Below the pieces are notes generated by a model. The model did not search any database and was not told where the DNA came from. It was given only the letters and a program-made list of their open reading frames with translations. Both the position numbers and the translations under genes were made by a program. Of a stretch of DNA of 64,000 bases, positions 37,201 through 51,200 are shown piece by piece. Each line of letters opens with the position of its first letter. Position 1 is the first letter of the stretch. The stretch is from Balanoglossus misakiensis (lineage: Eukaryota; Animalia; Hemichordata), in NCBI GenBank assembly GCA_040954595.2, contig CM082594.2, positions 3,581,319 to 3,645,318 on the forward strand, read 5' to 3'.

Positions 37201-40200
37201 ATTATTTACAATGTATGATAACATGTATCCCATACTTTCCTAACTAATCGATGTAAGACAAATTTAGGGAAATAACTCCAAAAACAGCATGTGACATTGC
37301 ATATAGGCGTTTGATATGATTTTGCATCACTGTGGCTATAAAACATAGATTGGGCAATACACCCCTTTCATATAAGCGTTTAATAAGTTTAACGCCCTCA
37401 CGAATTTAAACTCAAAGCGAGGCCAGAGGGGAAAATTGACCAATCACATCAAAGTTGTTTCCCCATTGGTCTCACTTTGAGTTCAAATTCATGATGGTTG
37501 CGTGGGGGTGATAGACTTATGAAAGGGATGTATTGGGACAATTACTCTGTCTGTACAATACATTTATAATTAAGCTCTTTCATGTCTTTGGTTTCAGACA
37601 TTAATGAATGCGAGTCCGACCCATGTGTATACGGCGATTGCGAAGATCTTGTGAATGCATACTCATGCGACTGCTGGTCGGGATTTGAAGGAACTAACTG
37701 TGATATAGGTATGGTTCTTAAAACATTAGTTTTTTCATCTTTATAGAAAGATATAGGCAAAATACTTGTATATGTGCGTGAAACATCTCATATGCACTGA
37801 TATAAATCAAACTGTAGGACTATTATCTGTCATATCTGTCACTATTTTTTACGCATTTAATAAACATGGCGTTTAAATTGACGAATTTTAAAACAATGTA
37901 AATGAGCCGCTCAAAATTTCTTTAAAATTAATGATCATCAGAAACTGATGAATGCGAGGATATGCCCTGCAAGAATGGCGCCACCTGTGTTGATCTCAGA
38001 GCAAGTTACAGGTGTAGATGCGGCCCTGGCTGGACTGGTTTCAACTGCACCGAAGGTAAGATTTAAATACATCGCTTTAACTATCCTATAGGAAGTTAAA
38101 CATAAACAATAAATATCAGTTGATTAATATGTCACTTGTTATCACACTTGTATGGGCATTGGGGCAAGTTTTCCAATGTGCAGGTTAGTTTATTTTAAAG
38201 GTGCGATAATGTTTGAAGACTTTATTAAAGTCCACAAATTAAAAGAAGAAACCAGGGCTGCTGGGAGAATACAGTGCAGAATACGGCCCAAGAATACAGT
38301 GATTATCATTTTAACATGTTTCATTTCGGCTACACAATCTAAAATGTCGCTATGTGAAGTTCTCAGCATTTAATACTGACAAATTATCTCTTTTTAGATA
38401 TAAATGAATGTGCTTCGGATCCATGTACCCACGGTCAGTGTAACGATTTTGTAGCCATGTACACTTGTACCTGTGATGAAGGCTGGACTGGAACAAATTG
38501 TGGTGAAGGTCTGTATACTCGAACATGAATTGTGTTGCCATTCGCTGTTAACCTTGAAAGAGGTTGGAAGAACGCCAATGCAAATCTAATGTGAAAGTGT
38601 CCAACTATGGCTGCATATATGATGTTAAAGATACACTGCTTTGTATACAATGTGACAGAAATTATCAAAAGATTCGATCGACGAGGCGCAGTTTCAAAGA
38701 TAATGTATCTTTTTCCAACAAAATGCCATCACTTCTACAGGTCAATTAGATCTGACAATTTCATTTTGATATACTTTTAGCTTGACGCTCTGTTGTAATT
38801 CCAAACCACCTCAGAATTAACAGAAAAGCGCATCCGTAGACCTTGTATGAATTAGTAATATTTATCCTTTACTCCTATTCCTTGAAGATGTTGACGAATG
38901 TGAAAATGGAAACCACACGTGTAGTAATGATTGTGTCAACGTAGACCGCACACAAGATTCACGGGGTTACTACTGTCTGTGTCAGAGGGGTTATCACCTT
39001 GACAACGACGATGAAACATGTATTGGTAAGCTTCCTCTAAGACAGTTCAAAAACTATTCCTACAAATATCCACTCTCATAGTTAATAACCATGCGCCTTT
39101 GACCACACCTGCAAAACTGCCACGCCTCAATGTAGGTTCATAGATTCATAGTTGTTGTAGAAAAAACGCGCAAACTGTATATTGTGTAATAGACATGTTC
39201 ATTTGTCGTGACATTACTGATGATGATGGGATCCAGGGATAGCATCCGAGTAAAGTTTTCCTCCCTGCAATCTTTCCAAATGATACTTGCACCAACATTT
39301 TAATGTCACTACCAATAGTGAATTTCTCCAGCAACCTGAGAACTTTCAATTTATGTTCTTGTTTTCGTCTAGACATTAATGAATGCATCGCAAATTTGCA
39401 TAACTGTCATGTGTATGCACTATGCCACAACTATGATGGAGGTTTCTATTGTACTTGTCGTGAAGGCTACAGAGGCGATGGTGTCGATTGTAAAGGTTTG
39501 TTGTTATTGTTGTTTTGTGACCAGCTACTTTTATACACATTTCTAACCGTATACGAATGTCTATTAGATATAACTCGCCAATAATTAACCATACACATGC
39601 AATACTTACAAGTGTTTAATCAAGCAAGAGTTAAGCTTGGATGTGACATATGATTCAAATCGGAATAGCTTGGTCAACATGTTTTCCTGTGTTACGACGT
39701 AAATGTTTCTCGGTTAAAATTCTAGTGTTTTTATACATCTGTAAAACAATTGATATTCAGGTCACGTGAAATTGCTGAAAATTCTTTTCGACTAAGCTTC
39801 GTTGCTTCAAAGTGTGTTCCGAAAATCGAACTACAATCCCTGTCATGCATCTGTCACCAATCCTGACTCACTTTTTATCTAACGCTTTCAGAGATAATAA
39901 TGCTTCCTTACGGGGAAGCCGAAGGGGACCTCAGACTACGTGAAAGATACGACAGGGACGCTTCCCCAAGACCTTCATTTGACCTTGTCAGTGAGACGAT
40001 TACATATCTGACAGGATTCCCATTCTGGAAAAACTTCTACAGCAACATATACGTACGTAAAACCACATCAAACTGCCTTAACAAACAAACAAACAAACAA
40101 ACAAACAAACAAATAGAATCTTTATAAGAACCATTCGCAAAAGATTCTTTTCGACTTGTGAATGTTTTAACTGACATTTGCATGAACGTTCAGCAATTCT

Positions 40201-43200
40201 CCCTACCTTAAATAGGTTTTGAGCTACCTAAGTGAGTGATGAAAATCTTATATGGTCGACACAATTTCAAGATGGCCGATCTTTGCCATGTTTTAGAAAT
40301 GGGAGTTCATTAAGTCATTCTGAAACTTTTGAACAGAAAAAGTAACAAAATGTGAAGAAAAAATATTTGAGTTTAATATGATAACTACAAAGACAGACAT
40401 GTTTGACCAAAGGATGTAATGAAATACAGTAAACATATTTCTTCTATCTCTTACTACTGTGGGTTGTCGACTCTTTGCCCAGAATGCAATGTGATTTACC
40501 CCCTAGCGCAAAGTTAAAACCTATTTGAGGCAGCCAGAATTCTAGTGCAATTTTCTTGTACTTCTGGAATTAAAATACAATGTATGTCTATACATATTTT
40601 TTTTAATTGTCACTGTGTTGATAACCAACGTTCATTTTATTTAATTCACTCCTATTCAAACAGTTCACTGACAATGGATTGATTGTATTCAAGAACGTGA
40701 GGGATGAAAAGTATCCATTTCCGAATCCGTACAAAAATGGATTTGTAACTCATAACGACTCACTAGACATTCCCATGATGGCTGTATTTTGGGACGATGT
40801 TGATGTCTCGGATCCAACTGTCGGCGAAGTCTATTATCACGTAAGTTGTCGATATAAATTATTGAAATGCTCAAGTGTTGGGCAACGCATAGAAGAAAAA
40901 AAGTCTCAGCTCATAACCTATTATGCAGGACCAGGTTGTGGCCAAATTTACCACATGTTTATTGTTTCGTTTTGGAACCTACATTGTCTTCATCATGGAC
41001 CGATGTAACTATTTGCTTTATTAGCTTTTCTTAGTCTGTACTTTTATTTATTTAATGTTTTACCTTTTACAATTTGTTTGCTGTCTTTGTTTTCCTATTT
41101 TCACTTGTATATAATTCATACCACTTGGGAGACCGGCTTTGCATAGGTGATTGCACCTGTTCAGTCATCCTGTCCGATAGACATACTTTCTGCGTTTGCT
41201 ATGGATGAATCTTATACAGGTGTGCACTAATATTATTGTATGACTAAATTTTAACTCCTTTCATTCACAGGTTTATGATCGTAGTCCTGGGAAGAATGCA
41301 ACTAGTAAAGACCATGTGATGTTGGACAGAGCTAGTCAATATATCAGAGACAACCGACATGCCTATCCACAACCACGCTATTACTACTGGTACTGGTATT
41401 ACTACTATTATTACTATGATCCCAGATTTTACAATTTCAACGCTGAGTGGATGCTGCTCATAACCTGGCACCAAGTGGCAGCTGTACCCGTTGCGTACAC
41501 TAAGGCAAACGTATGTATAATATTATTAAATGTGTGTTTACTCACCATTAGCCGCAGTTGTATTTCATGATGGAGTGTTCGATGTTCTACTGTTATGGGC
41601 AGGATATAAATTGTTTTCTTTGGACCTTCATCACCTTGTCACATTTGGGGATACATCTTTGCTCAATACTTCAATTGCATGCAGAACACTTTAATTTATA
41701 TGTGACATGAAATATATGTCTCAGAGTATGAAGTGCAAATGTATAATTTAATTAGCCAGTCAAATTCATATTTGTCTATTTGTGCCAGCGTCTATGCACA
41801 TGCAAGAGATCTAAGCAAAGGCAAATGCCAAGAAAGACAACTTAAACAGTTATGAATCTTGCAAACATATCAGGATATTGGTTTTTGATTACAATATATC
41901 TTCAGCGTTGAAGAAAGTCTACTTTCAGTTTTCAGGATCTTCCCTCTATATAAAAAGGCACCATTAAGTATATTTACAATTGCAATGACCGAATGTTTAT
42001 ATTTACATAGACAAACACCTTCCAGGCAGCATTAGTAACAGATGGCATCTACGGCTTCGTGATCGTCAACTACATGGAAGACGAAATGAAATGGAACTAC
42101 AGAGTGCGAGAGAACAACAACGTCATCATCGGTTACCATGGGATCTACAGGTACTATTGGAGCTCCTATAAATATCACTACGTGCGCAACGTGCAGAAAG
42201 CAGAGTTGTCATTGCTTAGTCAGAAATACCGGCCCGATCAGTACTACGGAAACACGTATAGGAAAGGAAGGTGGATATTCCGTGTAGAAGATCACTACCG
42301 ATATACTGTAAATCCCAAGAAGCACTGCCTTGATTGGTACCATCAACAGCCAGACCCGGAAACGTGGAACTGGGGATTAGGAACATGTCCGTGTGGATTT
42401 GGACAGGGGCGGCAGGATAATTCATTTTCATCAAGCAACGGAGAAGACGTGGATGCTAGGAATTTCAACGACACTCAAATTGACCCAAACTTACTTACAG
42501 CAATCAACTGGCGACAAGGCAAGAATAATACCGATATCTTGTTACATAGCAATTAAACTGTGTAAATTTTAGTTGTGTCAAATTTTTAAAGATTGTTACG
42601 TCCAGGTGACCTACAATCAGAATGGGATATGCCCCAACATTGCTTGAAGGTTACAGTAAGTCCTTATTTTGCAAGCAATCGTTACGAATAATTAGCTTAT
42701 GTCCATAATTACTCGACCACACGTAACGTCGACTCTTTGCTTCGTACAGGATGGAGTTTTACGATTCAATCAATTTTCGCAAATCCGTTCGGAGCTAGTC
42801 AGAGATGCCGGTACCGATCTGATCACACTCTCGTCGAAGGATATGGAAGATACGTTTCAGACAGTAGTTTCATGGAAAGATGGCACGTGTCTCGCCGTCG
42901 GTGGTGGTGGTGGCGGTGGGACTGGGACGAATACATGAGGTGGATAGAACAATACATGAGATGGCTATGTAAGTATTTAATTATTTTCCGATCAAGTGTG
43001 ACTTTGCTGACACGTCACGGGGAATGTTGTCGTTTACACAGTTTATTTATAGCTAGACAGCTATCCAATATTTTCCAGCAATCAAGTATTTTGTATACAT
43101 CGAAGCGTCATTAAAGCTAAATTAGCTGTAACTTTCGGTCGTTGTTGTTGTTTTTGTAACTGTAGATGTACAGAAAAATCAAAAGTCACTACAGCTACCG

Positions 43201-44772
43201 GAGCTTTAAGAATTGATCATTTTAGTTTGCCTGAATGTAGGGTATAATTGTCATGGTACAGTCGCAGCTTAGGTGGTTTTGCGTGCCATCCACACTGTCT
43301 TCAGGTAGTATTTACACATTTGGATATCTCGCGTTCTTTGGAGCACTTGTCAACTGCAAGATACAGAAGCATAGTGCCAGGGTACTGTTTGTGAACAAAA
43401 GCAATGTAGTACTCACAAACACACACTGCCATAATTAATTTAGCTTATTGCTATGATATACAGATGACGATTGGTATCCACGTTACTACTGCTGCCAAAA
43501 ATCAATGGATCCGTATTTCTGTGACTTGTATTCCGAGAAGAGACCACCAGGCAGTTGTACCGGATACTTTCCACCCATATGGGGTAAGTTATTTGAAAGT
43601 CAGAGCTTAAAATTGTAGTCGGTGACAATATGCATAATGAAGCCAACATCAGTCCAAAATTCGTGGTTTCTCGCTCATGGAGATCCGCCATGAGTGAGAA
43701 ATAAAACGCGAGGCGAATATCATATGGATGCCGAGAAGAAGAAAAATATAAATAAGGCTGGCGTCGGCCCTCACTTCAACAACAATTTTTTTAGTGATCA
43801 AGGGAGTAAGTGACTCCATCACACTTTATCCTGACATAACAGAATTTGCAAGTTATTTGGTATGTATGACCCTCATAGTTTATGGTTAACCAAATGTGCA
43901 AATCGTCGCAATTTCTTTGTGTGTATGCTTGCAATGACAAAAGAAGTGCTTGATATAAACCAAGAGACTATTAAGAAATCAGTGACACATGCAGGTGGGA
44001 AAGTCAATTGTTCAACCGTACTGCATTTGCGTATTATGTTTATGTTTCTCTGGTCATTGATATGAATACGCCCGTTTTTTAACGAAGTAGCATAGAATAG
44101 TATTATTCCCATGCATGCAAAATTACGCCAACATCTAAATTTCATTTGTTTTCTGCTATCCTCTCTCCAGGTTGGATACTAGGGGATCCCCACATCACAA
44201 CCCTTGATGGCGTTTCATACACATTCAACGGACATGGCGAGTACACACTGGTAAAAGTCGACGATGATGCCTTCAATCTACAAGGAAGAACTGCGAGAGC
44301 GGAAACAAAGAACGGCACAGAAAGCCAGGCCACTGTGTTTGTGGCATTTGCCGCCAAAGAAGAGAATAGTTCCATGGTACGTTCGTGAGTTTGGAGCAAT
44401 GTCTATCATTTCCTGCACTTGCCCCATACGTTGTAAATATATGAACGCTTGTGAAAGTTTATATCTCCCCGTACTGACCATTTTTCGTGACTGTGGAAAA
44501 GAGACAATTTGGATCGGGTCCCTTTCTTTATTGTGATTTGTCAGACCATGCTTAGATTAATTTTCTGTATTTTTACAACACATATCATGCACCTAGTCAT
44601 AACCGCATTGTCTTCACATTGATCAGGTTCACATTGAGATGAATGAACAAGGTGAAGATTACCATGTACGGATCGACGGGGAACTGTTTAATAAAACACT
44701 CCTTGATGACGGTGAGTGCCATTTATCCATCATTACAACAACAGCAACACTATTAATAATATGGAGCAGTGC

Positions 44773-44803
<31 letters not shown>

Positions 44804-47800
44804 CATACATACATACATACATACATACATACATACATACATACATACATACATACATACATACATACATACACACATACACACATACACACATACACAC
44901 ATACATACATACATACATACATACATACATACATACATACATACATACATACATACATACATACATACATACATACATACATACATTATTTCTAACATTT
45001 TAATACGTGTAAACAAAATAAAGAAACCGTTCTTTTCCCCCACAGAATCATACATACCGACTGGGACAAATCTGTCAATGTCAGTAAAACAAGAAGAATC
45101 TACTTCTGGCACTAGTGATAAGGTTAGACTGGTTGTGGCATTCCCATCGAAGATAGCAATGTCTATAGGAATTGCAGAGCAGATGCTGGACGTGCTAGTT
45201 TCTGCACCAGACGTGTTTAAAGGCCGTTTCTCAGGTCTCTTAGGTAAATACCAATGGACGTTCTCATGTGACACAGGGCAAACACAACTTGCCCCATCGT
45301 GTTAAACAGCACAGTTCCATACGACGCTCGACTTATATTACTTGGCTGGCAACCCGTTGCTAGGTTAATTGACCAAGTCTCGCGAGATCTCGCAATGAGT
45401 TGAAAATCATTCATTGAAGAGTAAAAATAGTTCTTGAAATTTCATACACACACGGTTACTAGAACTAGATGGTTAGGAAACTATTTTTCTCCATTGTTAG
45501 ATGCTCGCCTCGGTAAACACTTAGTGTAAACGAAAGATATCAGGTGCTAACGAGCCTGGCCATACGAATAATGACGTCATTCCCCCACAATCCAAAGCAA
45601 ACCATACTCGTGTTTACGGAATTGCTTGCACGCACAGTACGTATACCACCAGATTTGAGGAAAACAGAACAGAGAGTGGATAATTTATAAAGTCACAGCA
45701 CATTTATGACAATTTTGAACTTTCAAGGACATGATGAAGCCATACATTCTTTGTCTTGACTGTGCCCTAGAGATTCGATGCGAACCAAAACAAACAAGAT
45801 GGCCGCCAAAGGCTATATCGATAATGTTAACGACTGTATCGAAATGGGTATGCAATCTCAACGAAATATTCCAATTGGAATAAACGAAATAGCCCATGCA
45901 ATACAAAAAGGTGTAAAATATCTAAATATATTTAAAAAAAACAGAAATGCGACCATCAGGGTTGAATTCTAGGGGTTCAAAATTCGACGCTATTTGAATC
46001 TGGATTTTAAGTTAACCACCCAAGAAACAATGGTAGAGTGTCGCAAGCCCAACAGACTATGACCGTGCACTCCATAAGCCTATATGGAACTCGTACAAAA
46101 AAAGTGGCGCTGTACTCTGACGAAAAAGGGCAGATGAAGGGGTTCAAAAATTAGCTACGTTCCCCAATACAACCCCACATAGCGGTTAGGACATGTACTC
46201 TCCTAGCTAACACCTCGTTCACACCTTCCGAACAATAGAGTTTCCTAACCGTCTTCTTCTAGTAACCGTGATACACAGGAGCGATAATCAGATGAATATA
46301 TCAGATAGAAAATTAAACAAACAACATCATAATGACCGCACCTTCCAGGATGTACCTTACTTCGTATAGGCATCGCTTGGCATTTTCCACACTGAGAGAT
46401 TTTATATGGATGTTTGTTTTTAATCTTAGGATACTGGGATGATGACCCGTCTCACGAGTTTATGCTGCCCGATGGAACGTTCCAACAGCCGAGTGGCGAG
46501 AACTTTACGGACGCTGAATATTTCGCGTTTGGTAAACAGTGTAAGTATTCTTTTGATATTAGTCTTCACTGTAATACACTGCAATAAATTACATTACAAT
46601 AAATTACATTACATTACATTACATTACATTACATTACATTACATTACAGTAGAATACATAGCATATCAGAATATTATGAGTGTCAATCTGAGAATAAAAA
46701 TGACGTAATAGTAACAATTTAGGACGAATCTGCACAAAAGTCGGATTTCATAATAACTGATATTTCAATTTAATGTGGCCCCATTCTAAACATCTCTTCT
46801 CAACGTTTTCTTCAGGGAGTGTTTCCGCCGACGATTCGCTCTTTTGGTACGACGAGGGCAAGTCTTGGTCGGATTACAACGAACCAGACTTCGTGCCTAA
46901 ATTCTTAGATGAGCTTATCGCGAAGTACACCTCAGAAGACCCGGATTATTTAAATAAAGTTAAATCAAATTGTGAGGATGACCAGCAATGCCTGTTCGAT
47001 TCCTTGGCAACCGAGAGAGAGGAAATTGGACTGCTAACTAAGAACTCGTCCACACAAATAAAACAACAACAAACTGATCTAGGTGGGTGAAAATGCTTGT
47101 TAAGTCGTGATACACCCTTTATATACATGTAACTAGCGCCCTCATGAAACTGTTGTGAATTTTAACTCAAAGCGAGGTCAATGGGGAAATAGCCTTTATG
47201 TGATTGGTCAATTGTTGGCCTCGTTTTCAGTACAAATCCATGATATCCGCATGAGGGCGCTAGACTTAGGAAAAGGGGTGTATTTGGCATTCATAACCCT
47301 CAATTACAGGATATTCGCCGGTCAAGATTAAGGTTAGATAACCCGGGGGTATAACAACATTGAATATCCCTTCATTTCAAAATAAAATTTAAAATCAGTG
47401 CCGAACAGTTTAAATTTGTCTGCTTTATATCATTTTGTCTTTGAAACGATTTGAAAAATAACTCACATGACTTCAGCAAAATTTACTTAGTCACGAAAGT
47501 TGATAAAGTCTGTGTCTGTTTTGCTTTTCATTATATTTCGTCTAAGTGTGCTTTGTCTCTTAATTTAGATAATTTCCCACCAAATGTAACCATTCGGGAA
47601 GGTATTATATTCTTGGAGGCAGAAGTGGGAAAGGCTGTGTCACTTCAGTTGGATGCAACCGATCCAAATCCAGGCGACACTGTAGAATTTAAACTTGAAG
47701 ACAATGTACTCGGGGCTTCTGTGGGTCAAGGTATGGAAACCATTCGTATTTTATCACATTAAGGGTGTTTGGTATCGTGTGGGTTTAGGATCGTGGAGGC

Positions 47801-48264
47801 TTCAAGTTGTGATCGGGTATTTAGTCATTCCACGGCATTATTCATTGCAGATGGCCACTTTACCTGGACCCCCACGGACAAAGAAATTGTCAACATCTCA
47901 ATTATCGTCACCGATGGCATGGCCAGCACAGCTGTAGTACCACTTATCAAAGTATGTGAATGTCAAAATGGCGGCAGTTGCAACTATAACGTGTCAGTAG
48001 AAGGATACGACATAAACAACGACAAATTTGCGGTAGGTTTCATTCATTTTCAGACGCAGACTCATATTTTGCATTGGTAAGACGCGTGGTGCAAATACCT
48101 ACATGTACCAGGGACAACTGTACAGGCGCGCCCCTGTTAAATTCTTTAGCCGTTTAATAGCTAAGCCTAAAGCTTTTACTCATGTACTTTACTGAATAAT
48201 AGGTCTATCTGTTCATAGAAGTCGGCCACTTTGACTTTAGTTTTAGTTTGTTTATATGAACTTT

Positions 48265-48296
<32 letters not shown>

Positions 48297-51200
48297 GACT
48301 GACTGACTGAATGAATGAATGAATGAATGAATGAATGAATGAATGAATGAATGAATGAATGAATGAATGAATGAATGAATGAATGAATGAATGAATGAAT
48401 GAATGAATGAATGAATGAATGAATGGATGGTTATGTTTTCTAGTAATTATGAATACCTGGTTTTTATTGTTTTTCTTTCACTCTGTTTTTCACGAACAGG
48501 TAGTGACATGCACATGTCCATCTGGCTACACGGGTGACTTCTGCCAGAACGACTACGACGCCTGCTTAGACAATCCTTGTTTTCCCGGTGTAACTTGCAT
48601 AGACAAAAGTCCGCAGGAGGGTGCTGCGTTTGAATGCGGGAACTGTCCAAATGGCTTGATTGGAAACGGCACGAAGTGTTTTGGTAAGTTCAAATCATGA
48701 TCACCAAGTCCCCAGTGTATATAAAATAGGAAAACTTTCAATACTCACCAAAGACAAAAATGAATTTAAAATTGTTGAATCATATACATATATGTATATA
48801 TTTTTTCTCTGTATAAGATGCTTCTTTACATTGAACATTGGCACATGCATGGCCGCAAGTTTCAATTTTACACTAAGCGATAACTTCAGTCATCGCTTAC
48901 ATTTCATAGACGTTCAACTTCGGATTTCAACTACAAAGGGGCTTACTGTGAAATCATGTTTTCATTCACATTAAGGTTACATTGTTTATCATTCTTTCAG
49001 ATTTTGATGAGTGCGAGGAAAACAGAGATTTAAACGACGATAAATTCTGTGATCAAGTCTGCGAAAACACTCTTCGAAGTTATGTTTGTCGTTGTCTCGA
49101 GGGTTATCGCCTGGATGAAGACAAAAAAGGCTGTACAGGTAATGGTATTATGTATTGAACTTAATATCCCCCCACATAAACTGCATAGTCACGCATTGTC
49201 TCTTGGAGTTCGGGAAATTGTATTAGGTAAAAGCTCCGTGTCTCATCATTCCAATATCTAGTGCTATTTCTAGTCCATTTTCTCTTATTTCCCATGGAAT
49301 TGTAGACATTGCCAAGTTTGTTTGAAGGTACTACAGTTAAAAATGGCAGCATATTCGACGTCTTCCTTTAGAAATATTTGAAACTCTATTCTTTCCAGAT
49401 ATTGATGAATGCAATGAAAACATCGATGACTGTCATCAGAAGGCAACGTGCATCAACACTGACGGTGGATTCAACTGTAGTTGCAATGCTGGCTACAGGG
49501 GAGTCGACGGAAATAGAACCTTGTGTAAAGGTAAGCTGGTCAATTGTGAATGACTGAGGGTAACCGTTGGCGTTTGCGAGATGGACATATATGGCATTGA
49601 ATAAGAAAAACATAATATACAGTAATTAAGTTGTTGTTTTTCTGTAAATCGTTATGAATTTACAAACTCTCGCGACAACTCGTTCGCCGATCAAAATCAT
49701 TTTCGGATAATAGTGAATTTCCTGCAGAAAGAGTGATAGCTTGCCGTCAACGAGGAACTGTGGAGAGTTGGTAGCGCCTTGGTTAACTGCGGTTCATGGA
49801 TTGCTGTATGCAAGATGATTTTAACAATTTCTTATTTTTCAATCACTCATTCCAGATATCGACGAATGTTTGGAATCTCCGTGTGGGGAAAATGCAGCGT
49901 GTACCAACATTATAGGAAGTTACAAGTGTGTATGCCTGGATGGCTATGAATTCGACAGTGGAGCATTCAACTGTTCAGGTAAGACGTCGAATTATATCAC
50001 ATTACACCACACCACACCACATCACATACCAGCGTTTTGCCAAATTCAATATCCGGAAATCTCATTTGATTGAATTTTTATCTCAAACTTCGTTTCTACA
50101 TACTCTAGCATTTTAAGACATTTCACCACACGATGAACAATATCATGGACTAAATACGAAAGTATCATTGCAAACGGCCAAATGTGATATTTTACTGATG
50201 TGCGGCGCACTGAATCGACATGTAAAGTCTAAATCCATATGTTGTATGTTATTTGCAGATATTGACGAATGCGAGAGACGCACCGATAATTGTGATACTG
50301 AGGCCACTTGCACCAACACCGACGGTTCTTTTGAATGCCAATGCAATGATGGATGGACAGGAGATGGGATCACCTGCTCTGACGTCAAAGAATGTGATGA
50401 CGTCACAATGAATGTCTGCCACGTGAGGAGGGCCGATTGTACTGAACTTGACGGCAGTTACTCGTGTTCGTGTAAGGCTGGGTATGTCGGTGATGGCATA
50501 ACATGTGAAGGTAAGATTAGTTAATTGCAGAATTTCGTCTGTTTGGTATGAGAGCTTTATACGGACTTATTTCCCTAGATAAGCTCTCTAGTAAACTGCT
50601 TTCGTCTGTGTCATGCCAGTGCATGTTTTAATCAATACAGAGTCTAAACAACAATTCTAACACCACGGTGACTGAAAGCTGTTTTTACTGGCAAACTCTG
50701 AGAAGTTCTTGCAAAGCTTACTTGGACATGGAATTACTACATCTCGTTAGTAGAAATATGGTGATTTTGGTAAACGTAGACATGCAACAAGGAATCACAT
50801 ATCTCTTGTTTTATTTTTTTCAGACACGGATGAATGCACCACCGGTGATCATGATTGCCCAGTGGTCGTATCTGAATGTAAAAATACGATTGGATCTTAC
50901 AAGTGTGTCTGCGCGAGTGGCTACACTGGTGATGGAATTCGTTGTGAAGGTAAAATGATTCGCTCAAACAGAGATTTCTTAAAATAGACCTCCATTTGAA
51001 CTGGTCTTTTCCATAGTAAATTTTGCTAGCGAAGTGTTTGTTGCAGACGATTTATCATCCTTCACTGCCACTGTCCCTAGACAACATTCTTCTCAGGTAT
51101 GAGGTTTCTATCAAATGAACTTATACTTCATTTGGTTTTATTATTGTCACAACATCCAAACTCACACAGGAATCGCTTATCGAAAGATGGCGACCCAAAA

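Noticed and set aside
39465-39485. RGD tripeptides in EGF domains (also near 5656, 57696 and 61161)
   Set aside because: Most arise from the G(Y/F)xGDG EGF consensus with x=R; no evidence of an exposed integrin-binding loop.
44716-45003. (HTYI)n / (MYVC)n ORFs here and at 54313-54801
   Set aside because: Translations of intronic (ACAT)n microsatellites.
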